Assembly: GCA_045805605.1 (NCBI GenBank)
Contig: JBJMKX010000074.1
Span: 33,642 to 97,641 of the forward strand
Length of the DNA stretch: 64,000 nt
Origin: Solirubrobacteraceae bacterium
GTDB lineage: Bacteria; Actinomycetota; Thermoleophilia; Solirubrobacterales; Solirubrobacteraceae
Direction: 5' to 3'
Below are positions 1 through 9,179 of this stretch, piece by piece; the first letter of the stretch is position 1; each line of letters opens with the position of its first letter. Position numbers and translations under genes: made by a program. A model generated the notes under the pieces. It was not told where the DNA came from. It did no database searches and saw only the letters and a list, made by a program, of their open reading frames with translations.

Positions 1-1029
1 GCGGAAGGCGCCGGCCGACGGCCACAGGTCCTCGCGGCGCATGGCCAGCCAGATGCAGGCGGCGACGTGGACGCCGGCGGGCAGCTCATGGCCGGCGATG
101 CGCGCGGGGCCCAAAAGCCGCCGTGGCGCGATCGTCAGCGCCGGGCGCACGCGCAGGACCTCCTTGACGACGGCATCGAGGTAGGCGGGGTCGCCGTCGC
201 GCAGGCGGGCCTGCACCTGCGGGTGGCGCGCCAGGCGCTCGAACGCCCACGCCAGCGACGCGGCCGAGGTGTCGTGGCCGGCGACCAGCAACGCGACGAG
301 CTCGTCGCGCAGGTGGCGGTCGTCGACGCCCTGCTCGAGCAGCAGGGCCAGCATCGAGTCGTCACCCGGCGGTTCGGCGCGGCGGCGGCCAACCACGTCG
401 AGCAGCAATGCGTCGAAGTGCTCGACGGCTATCCGGAAGCGCCCCCACGGGCTGCGCGGCCCGAGGTCGCGCTGCACGAGCGCCATCGCGAGCGCGCGCG
501 GCAGCGAGCGGACGCTGTCCAGCGTCGTGTGCACGGCCTCGCGCAGCGGCGCGACCTCGGCCTCACCGCGCGCGCCGAAAACGACGCGGAGGATGGTCTC
601 GAGGGTCAAGCGCTTCATCCGCTCGAGGGTCACGACGCGCCCGCTCCACGTCTCGAGCTCGCGGCGGGCCAGCTCGGACACCGCCGGCTGGAGAGCGCGC
701 ATGCGCTCGGCGTGGAACGGTCCCTGGAGCAGCCGTCGCTCGCGCAGGTGCTCGGGCCCGTCGAGCACGAGGATCGAATGGTCGCCCGCGAACGGGCGCA
801 GGAACTCCCAGCTCTGGCCGGCGGGGGCGATCTCCGGGTCGAGGCGAAAGACGTCGCGCACGGCGTTGGGACTCGAGAACAGGACCATCGGCTCGTCGAC
901 CCAGTACGTGCGGATGGTGGCCGGCTCCCCGAAGCGCGCGTGCACCCCGCGCAGGAACGCCGCCGGGCGAGCCATCCAGGCGACCGTTTGCCAGGCGGCG
1001 GGGGTGCGCGGGCCGGCCGGAAGCGTCAA
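1..1029 (-). CDS. cytochrome P450 (N-terminal ~343 codons; the 3-prime end with the heme-Cys loop runs off the left edge)
   Basis: Missing from the ORF track because it is open at the window edge. The reverse translation from 1029 reads LTLPAGPRTPAAWQTVAWMARPAAFLRGVHARFGEP ... LLVAGHDTSAASLAWAFERLARHPQVQARL ... AVVKEVLRVRPAL. This gives a Pro-rich P450 N-terminus, the I-helix AGxDTS motif and the ExxR motif. TTG at 1029 overlaps the upstream TGA (TTGA). ATG at 975 is the alternative start. Confidence 0.85.
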   Translation of the reverse strand, partial: MTLPAGPRTPAAWQTVAWMARPAAFLRGVHARFGEPATIRTYWVDEPMVLFSSPNAVRDVFRLDPEIAPAGQSWEFLRPFAGDHSILVLDGPEHLRERRLLQGPFHAERMRALQPAVSELARRELETWSGRVVTLERMKRLTLETILRVVFGARGEAEVAPLREAVHTTLDSVRSLPRALAMALVQRDLGPRSPWGRFRIAVEHFDALLLDVVGRRRAEPPGDDSMLALLLEQGVDDRHLRDELVALLVAGHDTSAASLAWAFERLARHPQVQARLRDGDPAYLDAVVKEVLRVRPALTIAPRRLLGPARIAGHELPAGVHVAACIWLAMRREDLWPSAGAFR

Positions 1030-3206
1030 CCGAACGGCCGGCACGGCTCGCCGCGCAGGCCGGGGCAGGGGGGCAGGCCGGTGGGCACCGCCACGCCGGG
1101 CACCTCGGGAAGGATCACGCGCGAGGGCATGCTCGGCGAGCGGGCGACGTCGACCGGGGCGGTGCCTCTGGGGTCGGTCGAGCCGAACGCCCACACCGGC
1201 TGGTCGCCGCCGGGGGCCGAGATCGACACCCGCACGCGCGAGCCGGACCGGTAGACGTGCCCCTGGTAGTAGAGCGGCACGGTGAGCTTCGCGTACCGGC
1301 CCCGGGGCAGCGGCTTGTCGTCGGCGCGGCGGAAGGTGGGAATCGGGTCGAGCAGGGTGCTGCGCCGCGGGTCGAGCGTGCGCGCCCCGCTGCGCAGCCA
1401 GCCGCTCTGGACGTAGGTCTCCATGCCGTCGGGCCGGACCTCGGAGATCGTCACCTGGAGGTCGACCTCGGGTGCACTCGAGCGGATCCACGCCTGCAGA
1501 GCGCCGGCGCCGATGATCGCCGTGTCGCCGCTCAGCGGGTCGCTGAGGTAGGCAAGCGCGGTGCCGGGCGGGTGCTCGGTCCAGTGGTAGGGCGGCGTGG
1601 CCGTCGACAGGCCGTCCGGCCCCGAGCTGGTGTCGCCGCTGAAGTCGGTCGGCGGGCGCGCACGCTCGTCCCACGTGAAGCGGTCGCTGCCCCCGTCGCC
1701 GGGCGCGCGGCCGGTCAGCGCGCCGTTCGCGCCCAGGTACCACGAGCGCGGCCGCGTGCCGGGGATCGGGAAGCGTGCGAAGGACTGCTCGAAGGCGGGC
1801 AGCGGCGCCCCCGGCGTCGAGCCGCCGGCACCGTTGTCGAAGAGGATGCGGACGGGCGGCTGGGCCTCGAACGCGCGCAGGGCGTCGGCGTACGTCGGCT
1901 CCTCCTGGATGGGATCCGGCGGCAGCTGAACGTCGGGGACGCCCATCGCGGTCCGGAAGATCGTGGGCGCGAGCGATCTCAGGTCGGGCGACAGGCGCGG
2001 CGCGCGCCGGGCCACGTAGAGCTCGAGGAAGTCGAACAGGCGGTTGAACGTCGCCGGGTCGAGCGCGTCGACGTGGGCCCCGTTGGTGAACGTGAACCAC
2101 TTCCGGCGGGTGCCGGTGAAGTGGGACGCCAGGCCGGGGCAGTGGCCGCCGGTCTGCTCGTCGGTGAACTGGCAGGCGAGGAAGACGGGTGCCTTGATCT
2201 GGTGGACGAAGGTGATCGGGGCCACCGGGTCCGCGACCTTGGGGACGTAGAAGCGGTTGCGGCGGATCTTGCCCAGCACGTCGACGGCCTGGTCGTGCAG
2301 CGCCTGGTTGGCCTTGCACGTGCGGTCCCCGCCCTGGATGCGCTTCAGCGCCCACGGTTGGCCGCCGGTGGCGGACGCGGGCCTGGCGTCGTGGACGCGG
2401 TCCTTGGCCCAGGACAGGGCGAACCCGGTGTTGAGGATCCCGCCGGGGTAGAGCGTCGTGGCCGTGTTGTCGATGACCGACAGCGGCGTGATGGCGGCGA
2501 GGCTCGGCGGGTCGGTGCGGGCGACGAACAGCTGGCTGATCCCGCCGTAGGAGATGCCGAACATCCCCGGCCGGTGGTGGGCGACCCACGGCTGGCGGGC
2601 GACCGTCTCGACGACGTCGTAGCCGTCGAGGCCCTGCAGCGGCTCGAAGTAGTCGAAGGCGCCGCCGCTGCAGCCGGTGCCGCGCATGTTGACGTCGACG
2701 ACGGCATAGCCGAGGAGGTTGGCGATCTGGGCGATCGAGCTCTCGCCCCCCGAGGGGTCGGCGTAGCCGTACCCGGAGTACTCGACCACGGTCGGGAAAG
2801 GCCCGTGACCGGCGCGTCCGGGTGGGTGCACGTCGATCGCGAGCCTGGTGCCGTCCCGCGTCGTCAGGTAGCCGTAGCCGTCGGACGGGATGCGCTGGCG
2901 GTAGAGCTTGGTGCTCGGCGGGGCGCTGCGGTTCGGCAGAACGGTGACCGGGCCGGCGCCGTCGACGCGGTAGCCGGCGCCCGGCGCGATGTCGCGGAAC
3001 ACGGCGGCGCCAAGCGCGCCGGCCCGCTGGGCCGTGACGCGACGGCCGCTGCGGTCGGTGAGCGCGAGGCGCTGGTGCGCCTTGGCGCCCGTGACGTGGA
3101 CCTGCTCGACGCTGCCGCGGACGTGCAGCGCGGCGGCAGCGCCCGCCGGCGCAAGCAGGCTGGCGAGCGCGGCGAGGACGACGGCGGTGGCGAGACGGAT
3201 GCGCAA
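1026..3206 (-). CDS. CocE/NonD family hydrolase (X-Pro dipeptidyl-peptidase S15-like), secreted
   Basis: Track ORF 1026..3389. Motifs VVEYSGYGY, NMRGTGCSGG and the nucleophile elbow GISYGG, followed by a long C-terminal beta-rich domain. The first ~60 codons of the ORF are R-rich. A signal-peptide-like LRIRLATAVVLAALASLLAPAGAAAA begins at TTG 3206; GTG 3233 is the alternative. Confidence 0.85.
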   Translation of the reverse strand: MRIRLATAVVLAALASLLAPAGAAAALHVRGSVEQVHVTGAKAHQRLALTDRSGRRVTAQRAGALGAAVFRDIAPGAGYRVDGAGPVTVLPNRSAPPSTKLYRQRIPSDGYGYLTTRDGTRLAIDVHPPGRAGHGPFPTVVEYSGYGYADPSGGESSIAQIANLLGYAVVDVNMRGTGCSGGAFDYFEPLQGLDGYDVVETVARQPWVAHHRPGMFGISYGGISQLFVARTDPPSLAAITPLSVIDNTATTLYPGGILNTGFALSWAKDRVHDARPASATGGQPWALKRIQGGDRTCKANQALHDQAVDVLGKIRRNRFYVPKVADPVAPITFVHQIKAPVFLACQFTDEQTGGHCPGLASHFTGTRRKWFTFTNGAHVDALDPATFNRLFDFLELYVARRAPRLSPDLRSLAPTIFRTAMGVPDVQLPPDPIQEEPTYADALRAFEAQPPVRILFDNGAGGSTPGAPLPAFEQSFARFPIPGTRPRSWYLGANGALTGRAPGDGGSDRFTWDERARPPTDFSGDTSSGPDGLSTATPPYHWTEHPPGTALAYLSDPLSGDTAIIGAGALQAWIRSSAPEVDLQVTISEVRPDGMETYVQSGWLRSGARTLDPRRSTLLDPIPTFRRADDKPLPRGRYAKLTVPLYYQGHVYRSGSRVRVSISAPGGDQPVWAFGSTDPRGTAPVDVARSPSMPSRVILPEVPGVAVPTGLPPCPGLRGEPCRPFG

Positions 3207-3258
3207 ACCCTCCCATGGCGGACCCCGCCGCACGCGCCAGGCTGCCGTCGGCGCGCTG

Positions 3259-3651
3259 CTAGGCGGGCTTGTCCCCCGGCTCCTCCGCCTCGGGCGGCGC
3301 TGCAAGCGGCGTGGGCGGACTGTCGGTTGGCTGCCCCTCGGCCGGCTTGGCGTGCGCCGAAGCATCCGTCGGCGGGCTCGCCTCCTCACCGCCGCGGTTG
3401 GTGGCGGGCGTCACCGAGGCCGGCGCCTCCGGCGTGGTTGCGGGCGGGACCGGCTGCGGGGCCCACGTCGCGCCGGCGCGGTCGGTGTCGGGCGCGGCGT
3501 CGGGGGAGGGTGGGGGCTCGCCGCCGCCGCCGAAGGCGCGCTTCGCGACCATGGCGGCCACCAGGCCGAGGACGCCGGCGATGACCAGCACGAGCGACCG
3601 CTTCGGGACGGGGGGCTTGCGACGCCTCTTGCGTGGGATGGGTAGCTTCAT
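3259..3651 (-). CDS. hypothetical membrane-anchored Pro/Ala/Thr-rich protein
   Basis: ORF 3259..3885 trimmed to ATG 3651 (codon 79). MKLPIPRKRRRKPPVPKRSLVLVIAGVLGLVAAMVA gives a basic tail plus one TM helix, followed by a low-complexity P/A/T/E tail. Codon position 3 is GC-rich. Confidence 0.55.
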   Translation of the reverse strand: MKLPIPRKRRRKPPVPKRSLVLVIAGVLGLVAAMVAKRAFGGGGEPPPSPDAAPDTDRAGATWAPQPVPPATTPEAPASVTPATNRGGEEASPPTDASAHAKPAEGQPTDSPPTPLAAPPEAEEPGDKPA

Positions 3652-3690
3652 GGCGGTTCGCGTACCCATCCGCCGGGTAGCGCAGTCATC

Positions 3691-3897
3691 GTGCCCGAGG
3701 AACGTCCACCCGAGCGCGATGTCGCCGAGATGGAGGAGCGGTCGGAGCGCCTCGAGCAGGAAATCGAAGCGACTCGGGACGACTGGGAGCGCAAGCGTCG
3801 CGACCCGTCGGTGCCCGGCGCCGAGCCGCCGCCCGACGAGGACCGGCGCGACCCCGCGATCCAGGCCGAGCAGGAAACCGAGCACCCGGGCGGCTAG
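3691..3897 (+). CDS. small acidic/charged hypothetical protein (coiled-coil-like)
   Basis: 68-codon ORF with a GTG start. Position 3 is strongly G/C. ERSERLEQEIEATRDDWERKRRD looks like a helical charged segment. No family recognised. Confidence 0.5.
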   Translation: MPEERPPERDVAEMEERSERLEQEIEATRDDWERKRRDPSVPGAEPPPDEDRRDPAIQAEQETEHPGG

Positions 3898-3900
3898 TCA

Positions 3901-4146
3901 CTAGAAGAGCGACTCGGTCTGCCGCGCCCCGCCCGCTCGCCGGCCGGGGATGCCCGCCTCCTCGCTGAGCGCGCCCTCGAGATCTCCGAGGATCGCCCGC
4001 TCCGAGCGCGACGCCAGGAGTGGCTCGCTGAGACCCTCCACGTGCACGTACGTGCGGCGGCGGTCGCCGCGGTCGCCCGGCTCGAGCGGGACCACCGCGA
4101 AGATGCGATCGGCCCGCACCCACTTGCCATAGCCGAGGTGGATCAT
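3901..4146 (-). CDS. RemA/DUF370-like small protein
   Basis: ORF 3901..4617 trimmed to ATG 4146 (last 81 codons). MIHLGYGKWVRADRIFAVVPLEPGD resembles the RemA N-terminus (I-N-I-G-F-G-N-x-V-x-A-N-R-I-x-x-I-V-x-P-E). The upstream part of the ORF is the shadow of the PEBP gene. Confidence 0.55.
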   Translation of the reverse strand: MIHLGYGKWVRADRIFAVVPLEPGDRGDRRRTYVHVEGLSEPLLASRSERAILGDLEGALSEEAGIPGRRAGGARQTESLF

Positions 4147-4663
4147 GCGTCCGGGCATGCGCGCAGCGTACATTTCGCCCGTGACGCGCTGGGCCGGAGG
4201 GCTGATCGCGTGCGGGGTGGCCGTCCTCGCCGGCTGCGGCGGCGGTGGCAGCAGCGAGAGCGCGCCGTCGGGCCACATCGCCGTGCGCTCCCCCGCCTTC
4301 GTCGACGGCCAGACGATGCCAAGGGCGTACACGTGCAGCGGCCGCAACGTCTCGCCGCCGCTGAGCTGGTCCCACGTGCCCTCGGGGACGGCCCGCGTGC
4401 AGCTGCAGATGAACGACCTCACCGCGCACTTCCTGCACTGGACGGTGACCGGGATCGACCCGGGCACGCATGAGGTCGCCGCCGGCAAGACGCCGGACGG
4501 CGGCAAGGCGGCAAAGAACGATTTCGGCAAGCTCGGGTACGGCGGCCCGTGCCCGCCGGAGGGCGACAATCCCCACCGGTACGCCTTCACCGTGGTCGCT
4601 CTCGATCGCACGGGCAAGGTGCTCGATCGCGGTTCGCTGGTCGGGACCTTCAGCCGCGATTAA
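4145..4663 (+). CDS. YbhB/YbcL (PEBP, Raf-kinase-inhibitor-like) family lipoprotein
   Basis: Lipobox VLAGCGG near the N-terminus. PEBP motifs PPLSWSHVPSGT, HFLHWTVTGI, GYGGPCPPEG..HRYAFTVVALD. Confidence 0.85.
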   Translation: MRPGMRAAYISPVTRWAGGLIACGVAVLAGCGGGGSSESAPSGHIAVRSPAFVDGQTMPRAYTCSGRNVSPPLSWSHVPSGTARVQLQMNDLTAHFLHWTVTGIDPGTHEVAAGKTPDGGKAAKNDFGKLGYGGPCPPEGDNPHRYAFTVVALDRTGKVLDRGSLVGTFSRD

Positions 4664-4690
4664 GGGCAAGGCAACGCCCGATGCGTACGT

Positions 4691-5377
4691 TTGGATCAGA
4701 TGGAGGACGTCGTGCGGGCATCCGGGCTCATCAAGGCCTACGGCGCGGGAGGCGCGCGGCGGCGCGTGCTCGACGGGGCCTCGCTCGCGGTGGGCGCGGG
4801 CGAGCTGGTCGCCGTGGTCGGGCCCTCGGGCTCCGGCAAGTCGACGCTGCTGCACGTCATTGCGGGCCTGGACCGCGTCGACGCGGGCACGATCGAGGTC
4901 GCCGGCGCGGCGGTGCACCGACTCGACGAGCGGGCGCTGACCCGCCTGCGCCGCGACCGGATCGGGCTCGTCTTCCAAGCCTTCCACCTCGTTCCCGAGC
5001 TCACGGGCGTCGAGAACGTGGTGCTGCCAGCGCGGGCCAACGGGGGCGGAGCCGCCGGGGCGAACCGGGCGCGCGCGCTCATCGAGCGGCTTGGCCTCGC
5101 CGAGGCGGCGGGCCGCCGCCCGGCCGAGCTGTCGGGCGGCGAGCAGCAGCGCCTCGCCATCGCCCGCGCGCTCGTCAACGAGCCGGCCCTCGTGCTGGCC
5201 GACGAGCCGACCGGCAATCTCGACGACGCCGCGGGGGCCGCCGTGCTGCAACTGCTGCGCTCGGTGGCCGACGGCGGCCGCGCCGTCGTGCTCGTCACCC
5301 ACGATGCGCGCGCCGGGGCGGTCGCGGACCGGACGCTGACGCTCGTGGAGGGGCGGCTGCAAGTGGCGCGCGGATGA
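4691..5377 (+). CDS. ABC transporter ATP-binding protein (MacB/LolD/FtsE-like)
   Basis: Walker A GPSGSGKST, signature LSGGEQQRLAIARAL, Walker B LVLADEPTGNLD, H-loop VTHD. The start is TTG 4691 or ATG 4700. Confidence 0.92.
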   Translation: MDQMEDVVRASGLIKAYGAGGARRRVLDGASLAVGAGELVAVVGPSGSGKSTLLHVIAGLDRVDAGTIEVAGAAVHRLDERALTRLRRDRIGLVFQAFHLVPELTGVENVVLPARANGGGAAGANRARALIERLGLAEAAGRRPAELSGGEQQRLAIARALVNEPALVLADEPTGNLDDAAGAAVLQLLRSVADGGRAVVLVTHDARAGAVADRTLTLVEGRLQVARG

Positions 5378-7638
5378 CCCGTGCCTTCACGCTCGCGGTC
5401 GCGCGGATTCGCTCCCGCCCCGCCCGCACGGCGCTCGCCGCGGTGGGCATCGCCGCCGCCGGCGCGATGGCGGGCGCCGCCCTGACCGTCAGCGTCGCGC
5501 TGACGACCGGCTTCGACCGCGCGGCGGATCGCGCCGACCTCCCCGACGTGATCGCCAGGTTCAACGACCGGTCGCCGAGCGTCGTCGACCGCCGCGTGCG
5601 CGCGCTCCCCAACCTGGACGCCCGCTCGCTGCGGCTCGAGATCACCGGCGTCCACCTGTCGGGCCGCGGCCGGCGCACCGGCAAGGGCTCGCTCGAGGTG
5701 CTGATGGCGGGGCGGCGCCGCGGCTACGCGGTGGTCGAGGGCCGCGACGTGTCCGATGCGCGCGGGGACGAGGTCGCCGTCGAGCGCGGACTGGCCGACC
5801 AGTTCGGCCTGCATGTCGGGGACAAGCTGCACATCGGGCAGGTCACGACGCGGGTGGTCGGGATCGCGGTGGGGCCGGACAACGTCGCCTTCCCGCTCGC
5901 CCGCACCGCGCGCGTGTACGTGCCGGGCGGGCCCCTGGTGCGGCGGTTCGGGCCGGCCCCGGTCAACGTGGCGGAGCTGTGGCTCCGCAACCCCGGCAAG
6001 CTCGACGAAGTGCTCACCCAGGCCCGGGCGGTCGCATACGGGCTGCGCGACCTGCGCTTCATCACCCGGGGCGGCGTGCGCGCGACCCTGGACCAGGCGG
6101 CGGGGCTGATCGTGGCGCTGCTGGTCGCGTTCGCGCTGGTGACGCTGGGCGCCGCCGCGCTCATGCTCGCCGCCTCGGCCCAGGCCGAGGTGCAGCGGCG
6201 GCTGCGCACGATCGGGGTCCAGCGGGCGCTGGGCTTCTCGCGCGGGCAGGTCACGCTGCAGCACGCCGTGGAGGGGGCGGTGGTCGCGGTGCCGGCCGCG
6301 TGCGCCGGCGTGGCCCTCGGCGCGCTGGCAGCGAGCGGCCCGGCCGGCGACCTGCTCGCGACGCTGAACGAGCTGCCGCCAGGAGCGGCCCTGCTGCCGT
6401 GGCTGGCGGGCGCGGCGCTGGCGATCGTGGCCGTGGTGGCGGGCGCGTCGGCGTGGCCGGCGTGGCGGGCGGCGAGCCGGCCCCCGACCGAGGTGATGCG
6501 GGGCGGCGACCTCGGCCGGCCGCGGCGCGCGCGCAAGCGGGTGCATACGGGTGGCGGCTACTTCGCGCTGGGCGCGCGCCTGGCCAGCGCGCGGCGCGGG
6601 CGGCTCGCCGCCACCGTCGCCGCCCTCGGCGCCGCCGTCGCGGTCGTACTGCTGATGCTCTCGCTCGCCGCGCTGCTCGACCGGCTCAAGGAGGATCCGG
6701 CGCTGCTTGGCCGCCGCTACCAGCTCACGGTCGCCGGCAGCATCGCCGACCGGCAGGTGATCGCCCAGGTGCCGGGCGTGGCCGCGGTCGGCGAGCGCTA
6801 CTTCGTCGACGGCGCCGACGCGTTCGCCCTCGGCCAGCCCGTGCGCCTGATCGCCTATCCCGGCGACCACACCCGCTTCGAGTCGCCGCCGCTGGCGTCC
6901 GGGCGCCGCGTCGCGGCGCCGAACGAGGCCGAGGTCGGGCTCGGCCTCGCCCAGGCGCTCGGGCTCGAGCTGGGCACGACGCTGGCGGTGGAGCTCCAGG
7001 GCGGCGAGGCCCGTTTCCGCGTCGTCGGGATCGACCGGGCGCTCGACAACGAGGGTCGCATCGCCTACGTGCAGCCGCCGCGGGTGGTGCGCGCCGACCC
7101 CGGGCTCCTGCCGAGCCTCGCCGTCCGCGTGACGCCGGGGACCGACCCGAACACGGTCGCCGCACGCCTGACCGCGCTCGGGATGCCGCCCCAGCGCGCG
7201 GGCGGGGCGACGACGTCCAACGCCGCCTTCCTCGGCGTGCTCGCCGACGTGCTGCGGGTGCTGGCCGGCCTGACCGCGATCGTGTGCCTGTACGCGCTGT
7301 TGCAGGGGCTGGCGCTGACCGCCCGCGAGCGGCGTGGCACCGTGGCGGTCCTGCGCGCGACCGGGGCGGGCCGCCGACAGGTGGCGGCCCTGTTCACCGG
7401 AGCGGCCGTCGCCGCGGTCGTGCCGGCGCTGCTCGTCGGCGTGGCCGTCCACCAGTGGCTGCTGGCGCCGGCCGTGGCGGGCATGGCCGCCGGCTACGCG
7501 GACCTGCCGGTCAACGCCGGTGCGGGAGAGCTGGCGGTCGTGGCCGTCGGCCTGGCCGCGCTTGGGCTGGGCGCGGCGGCGTGGATGACCCGGCGCGCGG
7601 GCCGCGAGCCCGTCGTGGTGGGACTGCGGGAGGAGTGA
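5374..7638 (+). CDS. ABC transporter permease, FtsX-like (two FtsX modules)
   Basis: In-frame part of track ORF 4549..7638, starting at ATG 5374 (ATGA overlap with the ATPase stop). MTRAFTLAVARIRSRPARTALAAVGIAAAGAM is a typical FtsX N-terminus. Two blocks of TM helices are separated by large extracytoplasmic regions. Confidence 0.85.
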   Translation: MTRAFTLAVARIRSRPARTALAAVGIAAAGAMAGAALTVSVALTTGFDRAADRADLPDVIARFNDRSPSVVDRRVRALPNLDARSLRLEITGVHLSGRGRRTGKGSLEVLMAGRRRGYAVVEGRDVSDARGDEVAVERGLADQFGLHVGDKLHIGQVTTRVVGIAVGPDNVAFPLARTARVYVPGGPLVRRFGPAPVNVAELWLRNPGKLDEVLTQARAVAYGLRDLRFITRGGVRATLDQAAGLIVALLVAFALVTLGAAALMLAASAQAEVQRRLRTIGVQRALGFSRGQVTLQHAVEGAVVAVPAACAGVALGALAASGPAGDLLATLNELPPGAALLPWLAGAALAIVAVVAGASAWPAWRAASRPPTEVMRGGDLGRPRRARKRVHTGGGYFALGARLASARRGRLAATVAALGAAVAVVLLMLSLAALLDRLKEDPALLGRRYQLTVAGSIADRQVIAQVPGVAAVGERYFVDGADAFALGQPVRLIAYPGDHTRFESPPLASGRRVAAPNEAEVGLGLAQALGLELGTTLAVELQGGEARFRVVGIDRALDNEGRIAYVQPPRVVRADPGLLPSLAVRVTPGTDPNTVAARLTALGMPPQRAGGATTSNAAFLGVLADVLRVLAGLTAIVCLYALLQGLALTARERRGTVAVLRATGAGRRQVAALFTGAAVAAVVPALLVGVAVHQWLLAPAVAGMAAGYADLPVNAGAGELAVVAVGLAALGLGAAAWMTRRAGREPVVVGLREE

Positions 7639-9134
7639 TGCGGCCGACCGTCGCGTTCCTCCTCGGCCTCGCCCTGGTCGCGGCCGGCTGCGGCGCCACG
7701 GCCGATCGCGAGCGCTCCTCGGCCGCCACCTCCACCCTCCGCGCCACCTGGGTCGACCGGCACGGCGACGGCACGCTCGCACTCGGGCCCGGCCGGCCGA
7801 TGGTCGCGCGCACCGATCTCGCCCCCGCCGCCCGTCCCGGCCGCACGCTGGCCACGGTCGCGTTCTTCACCGACGCCCACGTGCGCGACGCCGAGTCGCC
7901 CGCCCGCGCCGGGCTGCTCGACCGGCTCGGGCCGCCGTTCAACTCGACCTTCCGCCCCCAGGAGGCCCTGAGCGCCCAGGTGCTGGCCGGCGCCGTGCGC
8001 GCGATCGACGCTGCTCGCCCGGACGCGGTCGTCGAGGGCGGCGACCTGATCGACAACGACGAAGCCGACGAGCTCGACCGCGGCCTGCAGGTGCTGCACG
8101 GCGGCATGGTGCGCCCCGACTCGGGGGCGCGGGGGTACGAGGGGCCGCAGAGCTCCACCGATGCCGATCCCGGCTTCTACCGTCCGGGCGTCGACGCCCC
8201 GCGCCATCCCGACCTGCTGCGCCGGGCCATCGCGCCGTTCCGTTCCCCCGGCCTGCGCGCGCCCTGGTTCCCGGTCGTCGGCAACCACGACGTCCTCGTC
8301 CAGGGCGTGGTCCCGCCCTCGCCGGCGCTCGAGCGCCTGGCCGTCGGCGACCGCCGCCTCGTCGAGCCCGACCGCAGCCAGCTGCGCGCCGCGCGCCGGC
8401 TCAGGGACGACCCGACCGCCGCCGTCGCCAGCCTGCTGCGCGGCGGCCTGCCCGGCCGCACGAGCCGCATCGCCCCCGATCCCCGCCGCCGCCTCCTGCG
8501 CCCCGAGGAGCTCGTCGACCGGCTCCGCGCGAGCAGCGCCGCGCCCGACCGCGGGGGTCCCCGCCTCGACTACACCTTCGACGTCGGTCGCTTCGTCCGC
8601 GGCATCGTCCTCGACGGCATCCGCCGCGACGCCAACGCCTTCACGCTCGCGCCGGCGCACCTCGGCTGGCTCGCGCGCCAGCTCCGCGCCGCCGGGCGCC
8701 GGTGGGTGCTCCTCTTCTCGCACACGCCGCTTGACCGCACGCCGTCGGGCCGCGCCGCCCTGGCGCTGCTCGACCGCGACCCGCACGTCGTCGCCGCGCT
8801 GGCCGGCGACACCCACCACAACCGCATCGCCCCGCGCCGCACGCGCGCCGGCGGCTACTGGCTGATCGAGACCGGCTCGCTGGCCGATTGGCCGATGCAG
8901 TCGCGCATGCTGCGCCTCATGCAGACCAAGCGGGGCCTGGCTTTGCAGACCTGGATGCTCGACACCGCCGGCGGGCCGGAGTCCCTGCCGGGCATCGCCC
9001 GTCAGCTGGCCTACCTCGACGCCCAGGGCGGGCGCCCGAACGGCTTTGCGGGCGGCCGCCGGGACCGCAACGCTGTGCTGTACCTCGACAAGCGCCCAGC
9101 TCGCCGCGGAACGCCTCCTCCGGCGAGAGCGTGA
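7638..9134 (+). CDS. metallophosphoesterase lipoprotein
   Basis: In-frame part of ORF 5979..9134 from ATG 7638 (TGATG overlap with the permease stop). Lipobox LVAAGCG. Motifs FFTDAHV, GGDLIDNDE, VVGNHD, FSHTPL, GDTHHN. Confidence 0.85.
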   Translation: MRPTVAFLLGLALVAAGCGATADRERSSAATSTLRATWVDRHGDGTLALGPGRPMVARTDLAPAARPGRTLATVAFFTDAHVRDAESPARAGLLDRLGPPFNSTFRPQEALSAQVLAGAVRAIDAARPDAVVEGGDLIDNDEADELDRGLQVLHGGMVRPDSGARGYEGPQSSTDADPGFYRPGVDAPRHPDLLRRAIAPFRSPGLRAPWFPVVGNHDVLVQGVVPPSPALERLAVGDRRLVEPDRSQLRAARRLRDDPTAAVASLLRGGLPGRTSRIAPDPRRRLLRPEELVDRLRASSAAPDRGGPRLDYTFDVGRFVRGIVLDGIRRDANAFTLAPAHLGWLARQLRAAGRRWVLLFSHTPLDRTPSGRAALALLDRDPHVVAALAGDTHHNRIAPRRTRAGGYWLIETGSLADWPMQSRMLRLMQTKRGLALQTWMLDTAGGPESLPGIARQLAYLDAQGGRPNGFAGGRRDRNAVLYLDKRPARRGTPPPARA

Positions 9135-9179
9135 GGTCCATGCGTCCCGATTTAACACCGGCGCGTAGCTTGGTGAGCC

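Noticed and set aside
408-3584. 1058-aa plus-strand ORF spanning the P450 and CocE/NonD region
   Set aside because: Extremely R/A/G/P-rich with no motifs. It is antisense to two genes with clear family signatures, which makes it a typical high-GC shadow ORF.
4738-7782. 1014-aa minus-strand ORF opposite the ABC ATPase and FtsX permease
   Set aside because: Shadow frame. The plus-strand genes have Walker motifs and TM organisation, and this one has neither.
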